Source: Syntrophales bacterium (GTDB taxonomy: Bacteria; Desulfobacterota; Syntrophia; Syntrophales; UBA2210). Taken from it: a stretch of DNA of 64,000 nt. Below the pieces are notes generated by a model, which was not told the origin of the DNA, ran no database searches, and saw nothing but the letters and a program-made list of their open reading frames with translations. Position 1 is the first letter of the stretch. The number at the start of each line of letters is the position of its first letter. The stretch lies in assembly GCA_963662405.2 (NCBI GenBank), contig CAXXKT010000003.1:1-64000 (forward strand), in the 5' to 3' direction. This document shows positions 19,000 through 30,300 of this stretch, one piece after another. Made by a program: the position numbers and the translations under genes.

Positions 19000-21900
19000 G
19001 TTTGTTTCCCGTTGCGGCGGGTGAAGAGGTTGTACAAGGCCGGCATGACGATCATCGTCAATATGCCTGATATGAGGATACCACCGGCCGAGGCCAGACC
19101 GCAGGCATTCCGTATCTCGGCGCCGATTCCCCTCCCGAAGGCCAGGGGAAGCATCCCGAGGACCGCCGCCAGGGTGATCATGGCAACCGGCCGAAAGCGT
19201 TCACAGGCCGCGGTGATCATCGCCTCATGACGGGGCACCCCTTCCTCTATCACATGTGTGTTGAATCGGTCCATGATCAGGATGGCGTTATTTACCACGA
19301 TACCGATTAACATGACACCACCCATGAGGACGAACATCTCGATGGTCTTGTCCCCGAGGGCGAGGGACCAGATCATGCCGATCAGGGCGAGGGGAACGGT
19401 TACGAGGATCAGCACCGGTTGTTTGAACGATTCGAGGATCGCGGCAAGGGTCAGGATAACGAGCAGGAAGGCGATGATGCCCGCCTCCGCCATGCCTTCC
19501 TGGGCCTCGACCATGGATTCGTATTGACCGGCAAAGGTGTAGTCGTATCCCGTCGGGATGATCCCGCTCGTATCGATGGCGTCGCTGATGCCGGAGACGG
19601 CGGCGCCGAGAGGGGTATTCTCACTCAGATTGGTGAGGAGTTTGGAAACCCGTTGTTTGTCCTTCCGGGTGATCTGGACCGGGGCGCGTGTCTCCTCGAT
19701 GTCCCCGAGGGTTTCAAGGGTGATCGGACGGCCTTCCACGCCGGGAAAGAGAAAGGCCGGGACCTGTTCCTTCCCCTTCTCTTCGGCGAGCTTCACGGTG
19801 ATGTCATAACTCCGGTCCCCCTCTTTGAATGTTCCCGCCGTCGCTCCTTCAAGATTGGATCGGAGCGTAAGGCCGATCCCGGTTGCCGGGATCCCCAGAT
19901 CGGCCAGCACCGCCCGGTTGGGACGGATGCGAAGCTCCGGTTTCCCCATCCGCACCGTTGTGTCGGGGTCCGTGATGCCGTCCATCTGTTTCGCAAACTC
20001 CAAAGCCTGTAACGCGAGACCATCGAGGAGCGTCAGGTCTTTACCGGCGATCTCCATCTCGATCTGTGAAGATTGACCACCGATGAGGGCCGGCATGCCG
20101 ACGGATACGATCGCGTCGGGCAGATCGGTAAGCCGTGATCGAATCGCCGTCATCAGGTCATAGATCGTCTCCTCCCGCTGGGTCCGTTCCGAGAACCGGA
20201 GGAGGACCTGCGTCAGGTAGACACCCTCACTCGACTGTCCAAAGACACTTTCCACCTTGCCGACCATGGTGAGGGTATGGTGGAGGTCCGGGAGATCGGC
20301 GAGTCGCCGTTCCACTTCTTTTGTTCTGCGTACCGTTTGTTCGAGATTGTAGTGGGTCGGAAACTCGAGTTTGATATTCACCTCTCCCTTGTCGGGTTCC
20401 GATGCCGTGGTGCTCCCGAGTTTCGGTGCGAGTGTCAGTGCGTGCAGGAGGGCCGCCAGTGCAATAACGATAATCAGCACGGCCATCAAGCGGTGCTGTT
20501 CGTTGAAACGGAGAATCGATCGGTATCTCCGGATGAGGCGATCGAACCCGCGATTCCACCCCCGTCCCATGCGGGTGAGCGTGGTGTTGCTGTCGCTCTC
20601 TGGTCGCTTCAGGAGGATCGAGCAGAGGAGCGGGGTTAGTGTAAAAGAGATAAAGAGCGACACCACGGTGAGGATCACCATGGTGAGGGCAAAGGAGGCG
20701 ATAAACCGTCCGAAGAGGGTCTCCATCATGGTGAGGGGAAAGAGGACGACACAGTTGGTCCCGGCGCTGGCCAGGACGGCGATGAAGGCCTCCTTGGCGC
20801 CGATCCGCGCGGCCTCCTTCGGGTCCCCCGTCTCCTCAAGGCGTTTCACGATGGCCTCCAGGACGACGATGGAGTTGGTCACCAGGATCCCCACGGACAT
20901 GCCGATGGCCAGGAGCGTGGGCGCGTTGAGCGTGTACCCCGCCAGGTGCATGAAGAAGAGACCGATGACTACCGTGAGCGGCATGGTGATGGAGACGACG
21001 AGGAGGGCCCGGAGATTGTAGAGAAAGAGGAAGAGGATCAGGGCCGTCAGGACAATCCCCTCGGCGATGTTGATCCAGGCGCTGTTGACCATGGAGCGGG
21101 TGAAGGTCCCGTCATCGGTGACCCACACGAGTTCCATGCCGCCCGGTAATCCCCGCTGCAGGTCCTCCATGGCGGCGCGGACTCGGTCGACGACCTTGAC
21201 GGCGTTGGCATCCGCCTTCTTGATGACCTTGATGGCGATACAGGGCCTGCCGTCGATAAAGGCGGTCTGACGCAATTCCTTCATCGCCATTTCGACGCGT
21301 CCCACATCGCGGAGATAGCAGCGCTGACCGTTGCTGCTTGTTATCTCCAGCTGGCCGATGGTCGGGATGGTATCGTATTCCGCGTGAAATTTGACCGTAT
21401 ATTCCCGCTCTCCCGCGCGGATCCTCCCCGACGGGATGGTGCGGATGCCCTGCTCGATGGCCTGGACGATATCGGCGCTGGTAAGCCCCCGTGCCGCCAG
21501 GCGTTCCCTGTCAAGGAGCACCTGGACCTCCCGCTCGGCCCCGCCGATGAGATCGACATCGGCAACGCCCGAGAGGACCGTAATGCGATCTTTCAGGGTT
21601 TTGTCGGCGTAGTCATACAGTTCATCGATCGACACCTCCCCCGTCAGGGCGAGCTGGATGATCGCCTTGGCGTTGATGTCGTACTTGAGTATCCGGGGGT
21701 CTTCCACCCCGTCGGGAAAATCGGATCTCACGAGGTCCAGTTTTTCCCTGACATCGGTGGCGGCGATGTCCACGTCGACATCAAGGTTGAATTCCAGCAT
21801 GGTGAGGCACACATTCTCCATGCAGGACGAACTGACATGCTTGAGGCCGTCGATGGCGACCATCTGGTCTTCGATCCGCTTTGCCACGTCCGTTTCGATC

Positions 21901-22073
21901 TCCTCCGGACTTGCGCCGGGGTAGAGGGTCGTGATCGTGACAAAGGGGACATCGACCTTGGGCATCACCTCGAGCCCCATGGTACGATAGGCGTTGAAAC
22001 CGAGGAGGGTCAGGGCGATGATAAGGCACCCCATGGCGATGGGGCGCCGTATGGCGGCATTCGACAGAAACAT
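18996..22073 (-). CDS. RND efflux permease (AcrB/AcrD/AcrF family)
   Basis: AIRRP, YPGASPEEIE, GILVTNSIVVLE, GIVVNNAILIMD, RFRPVAMIT; 1025 aa. Confidence 0.95.
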   Translation of the reverse strand: MFLSNAAIRRPIAMGCLIIALTLLGFNAYRTMGLEVMPKVDVPFVTITTLYPGASPEEIETDVAKRIEDQMVAIDGLKHVSSSCMENVCLTMLEFNLDVDVDIAATDVREKLDLVRSDFPDGVEDPRILKYDINAKAIIQLALTGEVSIDELYDYADKTLKDRITVLSGVADVDLIGGAEREVQVLLDRERLAARGLTSADIVQAIEQGIRTIPSGRIRAGEREYTVKFHAEYDTIPTIGQLEITSSNGQRCYLRDVGRVEMAMKELRQTAFIDGRPCIAIKVIKKADANAVKVVDRVRAAMEDLQRGLPGGMELVWVTDDGTFTRSMVNSAWINIAEGIVLTALILFLFLYNLRALLVVSITMPLTVVIGLFFMHLAGYTLNAPTLLAIGMSVGILVTNSIVVLEAIVKRLEETGDPKEAARIGAKEAFIAVLASAGTNCVVLFPLTMMETLFGRFIASFALTMVILTVVSLFISFTLTPLLCSILLKRPESDSNTTLTRMGRGWNRGFDRLIRRYRSILRFNEQHRLMAVLIIVIALAALLHALTLAPKLGSTTASEPDKGEVNIKLEFPTHYNLEQTVRRTKEVERRLADLPDLHHTLTMVGKVESVFGQSSEGVYLTQVLLRFSERTQREETIYDLMTAIRSRLTDLPDAIVSVGMPALIGGQSSQIEMEIAGKDLTLLDGLALQALEFAKQMDGITDPDTTVRMGKPELRIRPNRAVLADLGIPATGIGLTLRSNLEGATAGTFKEGDRSYDITVKLAEEKGKEQVPAFLFPGVEGRPITLETLGDIEETRAPVQITRKDKQRVSKLLTNLSENTPLGAAVSGISDAIDTSGIIPTGYDYTFAGQYESMVEAQEGMAEAGIIAFLLVILTLAAILESFKQPVLILVTVPLALIGMIWSLALGDKTIEMFVLMGGVMLIGIVVNNAILIMDRFNTHVIEEGVPRHEAMITAACERFRPVAMITLAAVLGMLPLAFGRGIGAEIRNACGLASAGGILISGILTMIVMPALYNLFTRRNGKQT

Positions 22074-23272
22074 TACGATGCCTCCTTCATGATGCTGATC
22101 GATGTCCCGTCGTTCAGGAAGGTCTGCCCCCGCGTGATGATCGGTGTCCCTTCAGGCAGTGCGATATCCTTCAGTTCGACATATCCGTCTGTTTCCAGTC
22201 CGGTGGCTACTGGAATCATCCGGGCCGCCCCATCCTGTGCCGTAAAGATCACCGATTTCTCCGATCGCTGCAGGACGGCATCGGCGGGAACACCCCGCCC
22301 CTCCCGACTGTCCAGGACGATGGCGATCGAGGCCATTGCGCCCGGGACGGCCCCTTCGGGGAGATTGCTGAAGAGGCCCTTGATCTCGAAGGTCCGCAGC
22401 TTTTCATTGATGGTCGGACTCTTGTACGAAACCGGGCAGGAGCAGCCAGTGCCCCCGGCTATCGTGATGACCAGTCGTGATGTTCCCTCATGAATCTGGG
22501 TGTAATACCGGGCGGGGAGAAAGGCCGACGCCTCTATCACCGCGGGGTCTTCGATACGCAGGACAGGCTGACCGGCGGCGGCCATCTCACCTTCCTCCCG
22601 GAATCGGTGACTCACCACGCCGTCGATCGGGGCATGGATGAGGGTGTCGCCGAGGTCTTTTTCGGCGATTGCCAGGGCGATCTCCGCCTGGCGTACCTGC
22701 TCCGTGGCAAGATCGACGAGGCTGACGGCGTGTTTGAGGGAGGCAGCGGTCTGCTTGTGTCGCGACTGCTGTCGTTCGTATGAATCGCTTGATACCGCAT
22801 CCTGTTCATGGAGCTTCCTGAATCGCCTGAGATCGATCGCGGCTTTCTCCAGTTCCGCCTCGACCTGTTCGCGGCGCGCCTGCCCTTCCCGCAGGCCGCA
22901 GCGGGCCACCGCCACGTCCTGCCGCTTGATCTCCACCGCCCGCCGGAGTTTTACGTCATCGGTCTGGAAGAGCCGGGTGGACCCTTTTTTGACCCGCTCT
23001 CCCTCATCGACGAATATTATCTCAATCGTGCCCGGGATCCGCGCCGACACGTTGGCATAGCTCTTCGCCTCGAGCGTTCCCTGGACGGAGACCCGCTGTT
23101 CGAAGCGCATGGTTCTGAGGGGAGTCACCACGACTGATACCCGTTGCTCCGTTTGAGTTCTCCCCCGCCGTGTATCATCTTCGGAACCGCTCCGGCCCAG
23201 GAGTGCGTATGCACCGAATGCGCAGATGAGCAGTATGATCCCGATGATGATATATCTTCGTGTTGCCTTCAT
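22073..23272 (-). CDS. RND efflux periplasmic adaptor (membrane fusion protein)
   Basis: N-terminal TM, VSARIPGTIE...VDEGERVKKG, coiled coil, IHAPIDGVV, PGAMA. Confidence 0.92.
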   Translation of the reverse strand: MKATRRYIIIGIILLICAFGAYALLGRSGSEDDTRRGRTQTEQRVSVVVTPLRTMRFEQRVSVQGTLEAKSYANVSARIPGTIEIIFVDEGERVKKGSTRLFQTDDVKLRRAVEIKRQDVAVARCGLREGQARREQVEAELEKAAIDLRRFRKLHEQDAVSSDSYERQQSRHKQTAASLKHAVSLVDLATEQVRQAEIALAIAEKDLGDTLIHAPIDGVVSHRFREEGEMAAAGQPVLRIEDPAVIEASAFLPARYYTQIHEGTSRLVITIAGGTGCSCPVSYKSPTINEKLRTFEIKGLFSNLPEGAVPGAMASIAIVLDSREGRGVPADAVLQRSEKSVIFTAQDGAARMIPVATGLETDGYVELKDIALPEGTPIITRGQTFLNDGTSISIMKEAS

Positions 23273-23319
23273 ATAGACTCCATATCATGGTTATTATTAT
23301 AAGGTCCTGCCCCGTACCG

Positions 23320-23610
23320 TTATTTCTCTTCTGTGCCTTCTATCCACAGCGCGTGATTCACCATGCCGAACTCGCCGAGCGTGTCCGCTATCCGCAGTCC
23401 CTGAGGACTCTTCCGGGGAATTCCCGGGTGTTCGCGATCCCAGTGGATATGGATGCTCACGTCACTCTCAACCGTGGCGTGGCTGTACAGGTTGAGCCCT
23501 GTCGGGGTCATGCCGCCGGAGAGCGCACCACAGTCTTTCAACATCCCTCGTATTGCCGGCATGTCGGGCTCTCCAGCCAATCTGACGCTGATGACCTCTA
23601 TCCATCGCAC
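23320..23610 (-). CDS. Small hypothetical protein, first gene of the sigma54-dependent efflux operon
   Basis: GAGGAGG RBS before the GTG at 23610; lies directly downstream of a -24/-12 promoter. Confidence 0.65.
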   Translation of the reverse strand: MRWIEVISVRLAGEPDMPAIRGMLKDCGALSGGMTPTGLNLYSHATVESDVSIHIHWDREHPGIPRKSPQGLRIADTLGEFGMVNHALWIEGTEEK

Positions 23611-23651
23611 GGTTGTGCCTCCTCTCACATGGTTTTGCTCATGATAGCGTG

Positions 23652-23668
23652 AAGCGTAAAGTGTGCCA
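23652..23668 (-). promoter_or_regulatory. Sigma54 (-24/-12) promoter
   Basis: Minus strand TGGCACACTTTACGCTT fits GG-N10-GC; divergent from a sigma54 activator gene. Confidence 0.7.
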
Positions 23669-23720
23669 GCATAAAAGTGTGTGTATTGTCAAAGTCTTGG
23701 AAAAGAGATTATAGGGGTTA

Positions 23721-23786
23721 TACGCTATGGTGTAAAAAATGGTTTCGCTATGGTGTAATCTTGTGTATAGCTACGCTATAGCGTAG
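23721..23786. promoter_or_regulatory. Three palindromic sites, putative activator binding sites (UAS)
   Basis: TACGCTATGGTGTA (23721), TTCGCTATGGTGTA (23744) and the perfect palindrome CTACGCTATAGCGTAG (23771). Confidence 0.7.
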
Positions 23787-23817
23787 TAAACGCGGAGATA
23801 AATCAGGAGGGATCCCG

Positions 23818-25362
23818 ATGAACATCGATAGAAACGAATTTTTCAGACAGGTGGCCGTCCGTATCTGCGGGAGCCTCGATATCGAACGGGCCCTGGAGGA
23901 GAGTTTTCTCTATGTGCGGGAGGTGATGCCTGTCTCCTCCATGGTGTTGATGCTCTATGATCCGGCCCTGGACATTGCCCACATCGTTGCGTCGGTCGGC
24001 ACGATCAGGGACAAGGGATTCGGGAAAACCGTTTCTCTGCCCCCGGATGGGATCGAATTCAGGGCGAACAAGTGGGCGACGATGGAAGCGGTAGAAGTGG
24101 TCAATCGACCCGACACTATCCCCGCCATCGTGGAGGTCTCCAGGGCTTTGAACATCGATCTCCATTCGCGCATCGATATGCGCTTGGAGCTTGAAGGAAA
24201 TCGTATCGGTGTCCTGGTGTTGATGGCGGACGGAGAGGACCGATATACCGATGCCCATGCCGAGCTGATGCGCATGGTGCATGATCCCTTCGCCGTTGCC
24301 ATGGCCAATGCCCTGAGGCATCAGGAGGTCCTGGTCTTGAAGGACATGCTGACCGATGATAATCGCTACCTGCGGCGGAGCCTCCGGGAACTGGCCGGTG
24401 GGGAGATCGTCGGTGCCGAATTCGGGCTCAGAGAGGTCATGACAATGGTGCGGCAGGTGGCGCACCTGGACAGCCCCATCCTGCTGTACGGCGAGACCGG
24501 CGTCGGGAAAGAGGTGATCGCCAATGCGATACACTATTCTTCGCCCCGGCGGGATGGCCCCTTTATCAAGGTGAACTGCGGCGCCATCCCCGAGAGCCTC
24601 ATCGACAGCGAACTGTTCGGTCATGAGAGGGGGGCCTTTACCGGGGCCATCTCCCGGAAGCGGGGACGCTTCGAACGTGCCGACGGCGGGACGATCTTTC
24701 TCGATGAGATCGGCGAACTCCCCCCGCAGGCGCAGGTGCGGCTCCTCAACGTCATCCAGAACAGGGAGATCGAGCGGGTCGGCGGGACACAAACGATCCC
24801 CGTTGATATCCGGATTATTTCGGCTACCCACCGCCGCCTCGAGGATATGATACAGAGCGGGGCATTCCGGGAAGACCTCTGGTTTCGGCTCAACGTCGTT
24901 CCCATCATCATTCCCCCCCTGCGGCAGCGGAAGGAGGATATCCCGGCCCTGGTTCACCACTTTATCGAGCGGAAGAGCGTGGAGCTCAGGATCGGGACCG
25001 CTCCCTCCCTTGCTCCGGGATCACTCGAACGGCTCAAGGCCTACGATTGGCCGGGAAACGTGCGGGAGCTGCAGAATATCGTCGAACGGGCGTTGATCCA
25101 GAGCAGGGGTGGAACCCTGCGGTTTGACAGTCTGCTGGCGGTCCATCCGGATAACGATAGGGATCATTCACTGTTCGCTGACAACGCGATTCTAACCCTC
25201 GATGAACTGAACCGGGGACATATCACGAAGGCCCTCGCCTTCACGGGTGGAAGGATCAACGGGGGACAGGGGGCCGCCGCGCTCCTGGATATCCACCCCA
25301 ATACCCTCAGGAAACGGATGGACAAACTGGGGATCCCCTATAAACATGCTCGGAAGGGGTAA
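23818..25362 (+). CDS. Sigma54-dependent transcriptional activator (GAF, AAA+, Fis HTH)
   Basis: [37 protein letters not shown]-terminal HTH. Confidence 0.95.
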   Translation: MNIDRNEFFRQVAVRICGSLDIERALEESFLYVREVMPVSSMVLMLYDPALDIAHIVASVGTIRDKGFGKTVSLPPDGIEFRANKWATMEAVEVVNRPDTIPAIVEVSRALNIDLHSRIDMRLELEGNRIGVLVLMADGEDRYTDAHAELMRMVHDPFAVAMANALRHQEVLVLKDMLTDDNRYLRRSLRELAGGEIVGAEFGLREVMTMVRQVAHLDSPILLYGETGVGKEVIANAIHYSSPRRDGPFIKVNCGAIPESLIDSELFGHERGAFTGAISRKRGRFERADGGTIFLDEIGELPPQAQVRLLNVIQNREIERVGGTQTIPVDIRIISATHRRLEDMIQSGAFREDLWFRLNVVPIIIPPLRQRKEDIPALVHHFIERKSVELRIGTAPSLAPGSLERLKAYDWPGNVRELQNIVERALIQSRGGTLRFDSLLAVHPDNDRDHSLFADNAILTLDELNRGHITKALAFTGGRINGGQGAAALLDIHPNTLRKRMDKLGIPYKHARKG

Positions 25363-25401
25363 AGAATCAACCCAAAAACCGATCTGCCCCATAAATATCT
25401 C

Positions 25402-25462
25402 TTGACACAAAGCACCGGAGGCTGTAAGTCGACCAATCAGTCCAAAAAATGACCGGGCGGTT
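25402..25462 (+). promoter_or_regulatory. Putative sigma70 promoter and TetR-type operator pair
   Basis: TTGACA-N17-TAAGTC, then GACCAATCAGTC and GACCGGGCGGTT spaced 20 bp apart just upstream of the TetR gene. Confidence 0.45.
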
Positions 25463-25469
25463 TTATAGC

Positions 25470-26084
25470 ATGGAGCGTGATAAAAAACAGGAGCGGAAAA
25501 AGGCGCTGGAGGCCTTTACGCGGCAGGGTATCCTGGACAGTGCTATCGGCCTGCTGATAAGTGAAGGTATTCAGGGCCTCACGATGGAGCGCGTGGCGGC
25601 GGAGGCAGGCGTTGCGAAGGGGACGCTCTACGTCTATTTCAAAAACAAGGACGAGATCCTGGACGCGGCCCTTGAGGCGAGTTTTGATCCCGTGTTACAG
25701 GAGCAGACCCTGATTCTCTGCAGCGATGTCCCCCCCGACAAAAGACTGGAGGCATTTTCACTGTGCCACCTGCGTTTCTTTGATGAGCGCCGGGAGTTGA
25801 TCCGTGTGCTCATGTATGATCGGGAGAGGACCCGTTCCGAGAGGAATCGCTTTACCGACAGCCGATACAGAAGCTCTATCAGACAAGTAGCCGCTGTCCT
25901 GGATGAGGGGGTCCAACAGGGTCTCTTTGCCCATCTGGACGCGGAGAAGGTCGCCGCCATGTTCATCGAGGCCAATATGGGAATGGTAATGCAGCGCATC
26001 CATGCCGGGGTCTCAGGCGATGTCGAAAAAGACGCGCGGCAGGTGACGGATATATTTATGTGTGGCTTGAAAAGGAGAAGGTAA
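25470..26084 (+). CDS. TetR/AcrR-family transcriptional regulator
   Basis: ILDSA...TMERVAAEAGVAKGTLYVYFKNKDEIL HTH. Confidence 0.93.
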   Translation: MERDKKQERKKALEAFTRQGILDSAIGLLISEGIQGLTMERVAAEAGVAKGTLYVYFKNKDEILDAALEASFDPVLQEQTLILCSDVPPDKRLEAFSLCHLRFFDERRELIRVLMYDRERTRSERNRFTDSRYRSSIRQVAAVLDEGVQQGLFAHLDAEKVAAMFIEANMGMVMQRIHAGVSGDVEKDARQVTDIFMCGLKRRR

Positions 26085-27301
26085 TGCAATCGAATCATCG
26101 TGTGCAGGCGGTTTATAGGAAGATCGCAGTTGTGGTGGCGCTGCTGGGTGGCTTGTTCCTTGCGGGATGCAACGGTCAACAGCAGTCCTCCGCGCCCCGA
26201 CCGGCTCCGGAAGTGGGTGTGCTGATGCTTCAGCCGCAGAAGGTAACCCTTACCACGGAACTGCCGGGCCGTACGATCGCCTATCGTGTCGCCGAGATCC
26301 GGCCACAGGTCAACGGTCTGATACAGAAACGTCTCTTTACGGAAGGCGGCAAGGTCAGGGCCGGGCAGGTGCTCTATCAGATTGATCCGGCTTCTTTTCA
26401 GGCTGCACTCGACAATGCCGAGGCCGCCCTCAGCCGGTCCGAGGCGAATCTCTTGGCCACCCGGTTGAAGGCCGAGCGCTTTCGGGAACTGCTGGAAGAT
26501 AACGCGGTCAGCCGGCAGGACTACGATGATGCCGCCGCCGCGCTCATGCAGACGAAAGCGGATATCCAGTACTGGAAGGCGATGGTCGAGACGGCGCGGA
26601 TCAACCTGAAATACACCGCTGTCACCGCCCCCATATCGGGGCGCATCGGCCGATCCTCCGTGACGGAAGGGGCCCTGGTGACGGCGTATCAGCCCGTGGC
26701 GCTGGCCACCATTCAACAGATGGATCCCTTGTATGTCGATGTCCCCCAGTCCACCGCCGAGCTGCTGCGGCTCAAACGTCGCATCGAGTCCGGTACACTG
26801 AGTCAAAACGGGACAGGGCAGAAACGGGTCAAGCTCATCCTGGAAGACGGCAGGGTGTATCCGTTGGAAGGGACACTGCAGTTTCGCGATGTCACGGTCG
26901 ATCAGACAACGGGGACCGTGACACTGCGCGTTGTCTTCCCCAATCCCGACGGTGTTCTCCTCCCGGGGATGTTCGTGAGGGCCGTGTTGCAGGAAGGCAT
27001 CAATGATGCGGCTATCCTCGTTCCCCAGCAGGCCGTATCGCGTGATCCCAAGGGGAATCCTTTTACCCTGGTTGTAGACAGCGAGGGGACGGTCAGTCAG
27101 CAACAGGTTGTCATCGACCGGGTCATGGGCGACCGGTGGCTGATTGCTTCCGGTCTTGCCGCCGGCGATCGGGTTATCGTGGAGGGGATACAGGGCGTAG
27201 CCCACGGCATGTCCGTGAAGACGCATCCTGTCGCTGTCGGGAACAAGACGGCAAGCGGCGAGGATGACGATGCGATTTCACTGCCGATACAATCGAACTG
27301 A
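26084..27301 (+). CDS. AcrA/MexA-like efflux periplasmic adaptor lipoprotein
   Basis: Lipobox FLAGC; ELPGRT...AEIRPQVNG...LYQIDP; APISGRIG; LLPGMFVRA. Confidence 0.93.
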   Translation: MQSNHRVQAVYRKIAVVVALLGGLFLAGCNGQQQSSAPRPAPEVGVLMLQPQKVTLTTELPGRTIAYRVAEIRPQVNGLIQKRLFTEGGKVRAGQVLYQIDPASFQAALDNAEAALSRSEANLLATRLKAERFRELLEDNAVSRQDYDDAAAALMQTKADIQYWKAMVETARINLKYTAVTAPISGRIGRSSVTEGALVTAYQPVALATIQQMDPLYVDVPQSTAELLRLKRRIESGTLSQNGTGQKRVKLILEDGRVYPLEGTLQFRDVTVDQTTGTVTLRVVFPNPDGVLLPGMFVRAVLQEGINDAAILVPQQAVSRDPKGNPFTLVVDSEGTVSQQQVVIDRVMGDRWLIASGLAAGDRVIVEGIQGVAHGMSVKTHPVAVGNKTASGEDDDAISLPIQSN

Positions 27302-27315
27302 CGGAGGGGCTCCTG

Positions 27316-30300
27316 ATGTTGTCTAAATTTTTCCTGGATCGTCCGGTCTTTGCGTGGGTCATCGCTATCATTATCATGGCGGCGGGGGGACTTGCCATCT
27401 ATAGCCTGCCGATATCCCAGTATCCCCCGATCGCTCCCCCGTCGATCGCTATGTACTCCATGTACCCCGGGGCCTCCGCCGAGACCGTGGAAAACAGCGT
27501 GACCCAGATCATTGAGCAGGAAATGACCGGCTTCGACAACCTGTTATACATGTCTTCCACCAGTGATTCCGCTGGTATGTCCCGTATCGAGCTGACCTTC
27601 GAACCCGGGACCGATCCGGAGATTGCCTGGACACAGGTGCAGAACAAGCTCCAGCTCGCCATGGCGAGCCTGCCGGATGTGGTGAAGAGCACGGGCGTCT
27701 CGGTCAACAAGTCGACCCACAACTATCTGATGGTCATCGGCTTGAGTTCGGAAGACGGCAGTATGGACAAGACGGACCTGTCTGACTTTGCGATCACCAA
27801 TCTGGAGTCTGTCCTGGCGCGGGTACCGGGTGTGGGCGAGACGCAGGTCTTCGGTGCCGAGTATGCCATGCGCATCTGGCTCAACCCGGACAAACTGAAC
27901 AACTTCCAGCTCACGGTGCAGGATGTGATCGCTGCGCTCAAGACCTACAATGTGGAGGTCTCCGCCGGTCAGTTCGGCGGGGCGCCCGCGGTGGAGGGAC
28001 AGCGGCTCAACGCCTCCATCGTCGTTCAGAACATGCTGATGACGACGGACGAGTTCGCCGCAATCCCCATCCGGATCAACCCGAACGGGTCGGTTGTGCG
28101 GGTCGGGGATGTGAGCCGGATCGAGCTGGGAAGCGAAATGTACGACATCGACAGCGCTGAAAGCGGCAGGCCGACCTGCGGGATCGCCATCAGGCAGGCC
28201 GCCGGGGCCAACGCCCTGGAGACGGCCGACGCCGTCAAGGCGAAGATGAAGGAGATGAGCCATTTCTTTCCCAAGGGGTTAAAGGTCACCCATCCCAATG
28301 ATACCACCCGGTTCATCAAGGTGGCGATCAAAGAGGTGGTCAAAACGCTGTTCGAGGCGATCCTTCTCGTCTTCCTGATCATGTGGCTCTTTCTGGGGAA
28401 CATCCGGGCCACCCTGATCCCGACCATCGCGGTACCGGTGGTTCTGCTGGGAACATTCGCCATGCTGGGACTGTTCGGCTACTCCATCAACATGCTCACC
28501 ATGTTCGCCATGGTGCTGGCCATCGGCCTCTTGGTGGATGACGCGATCGTGGTGGTGGAGAACGTGGAGCGTATCATGGCGGAAGAGGGCCTGCCTCCCA
28601 AGGAGGCCACGGCCAAATCCATGGAACAGATCACCAGCGCCCTGATCGGCATCGGCCTGGTTCTCTCGGCCGTCTTCGGCCCCATGGCCTTTTTCCCCGG
28701 TTCCACCGGCGTCATCTACCGCCAGTTCTCCGTCACCATCATCTCCGCCATGCTCCTGTCGGTGGTCGTGGCATTGATCCTGACGCCGGTCCTCTGCGCC
28801 TCACTCCTCAAACCGGTCAGGGCCGGCCATGAACCGGCGGAGAACGCGGTCTTCTTCCTGAGACCCTTTTTCCTGTGGTTTGACCGCATGTTCTTTGGAC
28901 TCAGAAAACGGTATGTGGGGCTGGTCGATCACTCTCTGAACAGAAAAAAACGCTATCTGGCCGTTTTTCTGGTGATCGTCGGGATCATGGGGGTCCTGTA
29001 TATGCGTATGCCCACTGCTTATCTCCCCGATGAAGACCAGGGATCACTTCTCGCACAGGTCATCCTCCCCGCTGGTTCCACGCTGGAGCAGACCAAGGAG
29101 GTGGGTCGGCAGATCGGCAGTTATTTCATGGAACATGAAAAAGAGGCGGTTGAACGGACCATGGTCCTCTCCGGCTACGGCTTTTCGGGCAGGGCGCAGA
29201 ACAACGGTATGGTCTTCATCAAGCTGAAAGACTGGGACCTGCGTGACCGTCCCGACCTCAAGGCCAAGGCCGTTGCGGGAAGGGCGACGGGTGTCCTCTC
29301 GCAGATCAAGGATGCCATGGTTATTGTCTTCGCGCCCCCCGCCGTCTCGGAGTTGGGCATTGCCAAGGGGTTCGATTTCGAGCTCCTGGACAGGGGCGGT
29401 CTCGGCCATGCGAAGCTGATGGAAGGCCAGAATCAACTCCTCAAGATTGCGGCCCAGGACCCGCGGCTGATCGCGGTGCGGCCCAACAGCATGGATGACG
29501 TGTCCGAGTACCGCATCGATGTGGACTGGGACAAGGCGGGGGCCCTGGGTGTTCCCATCACCTCCATCCACAACACGATCTCGGCGGCCTTCGGCAGCTC
29601 CTATGTGAACGATTTCATCAAGGGTGGTCGGGTAAAGAGAGTCTACATTCAGGCGGACGCTCCCTACCGCATGCTCCCCAAAGACCTGGAGCGGCTCTAT
29701 GTGCGCAACACGGCGGGCAAGATGGTCCCCTTTTCCTCCTTCGCCTCCGGTCATTGGACATCCGGTTCACCCCGGCTGGCGCGCTTTAACGGTTTCCCTT
29801 CCATCAACATCTGGGGGGAACCGGCACCGGGGAAGAGCTCCGGCGAGGCCATGCAGGCCATGGAAGATGCCGTACGTCAGTTGCCCAAAGGCTTTGGTTT
29901 TGACTGGACCGGGCTCTCCTACCAGGAGAAGATCTCGAGTTCTCAGGCCCCTCTGCTGTACGCCTTTTCCATATTCGTGATCTTTTTGTGCCTGGCGGCG
30001 CTCTACGAGAGCTGGACCATCCCGATCTCGATCCTCCTGGTCCTGCCGCTGGGGGTCATCGGCGGCATCATCGCGACGAGCACGCGCGGTCTGGCCAACG
30101 ACATCTATTTCCAGATCGGACTTTTGACCACCCTGGGCCTGGCCACCAAGAACGCCATCCTGATCGTCCAGTTCGCCAAGGGCGGGCTGGAGCGGGGAAT
30201 GGGACTGATAGAGGCCACCCTGGAAGGGGCGAAGCTCAGGTTCCGCCCCATCGTCATGACTTCCCTTGCCTTCGGTTTCGGGGTCCTCCCCCTTGCCATG

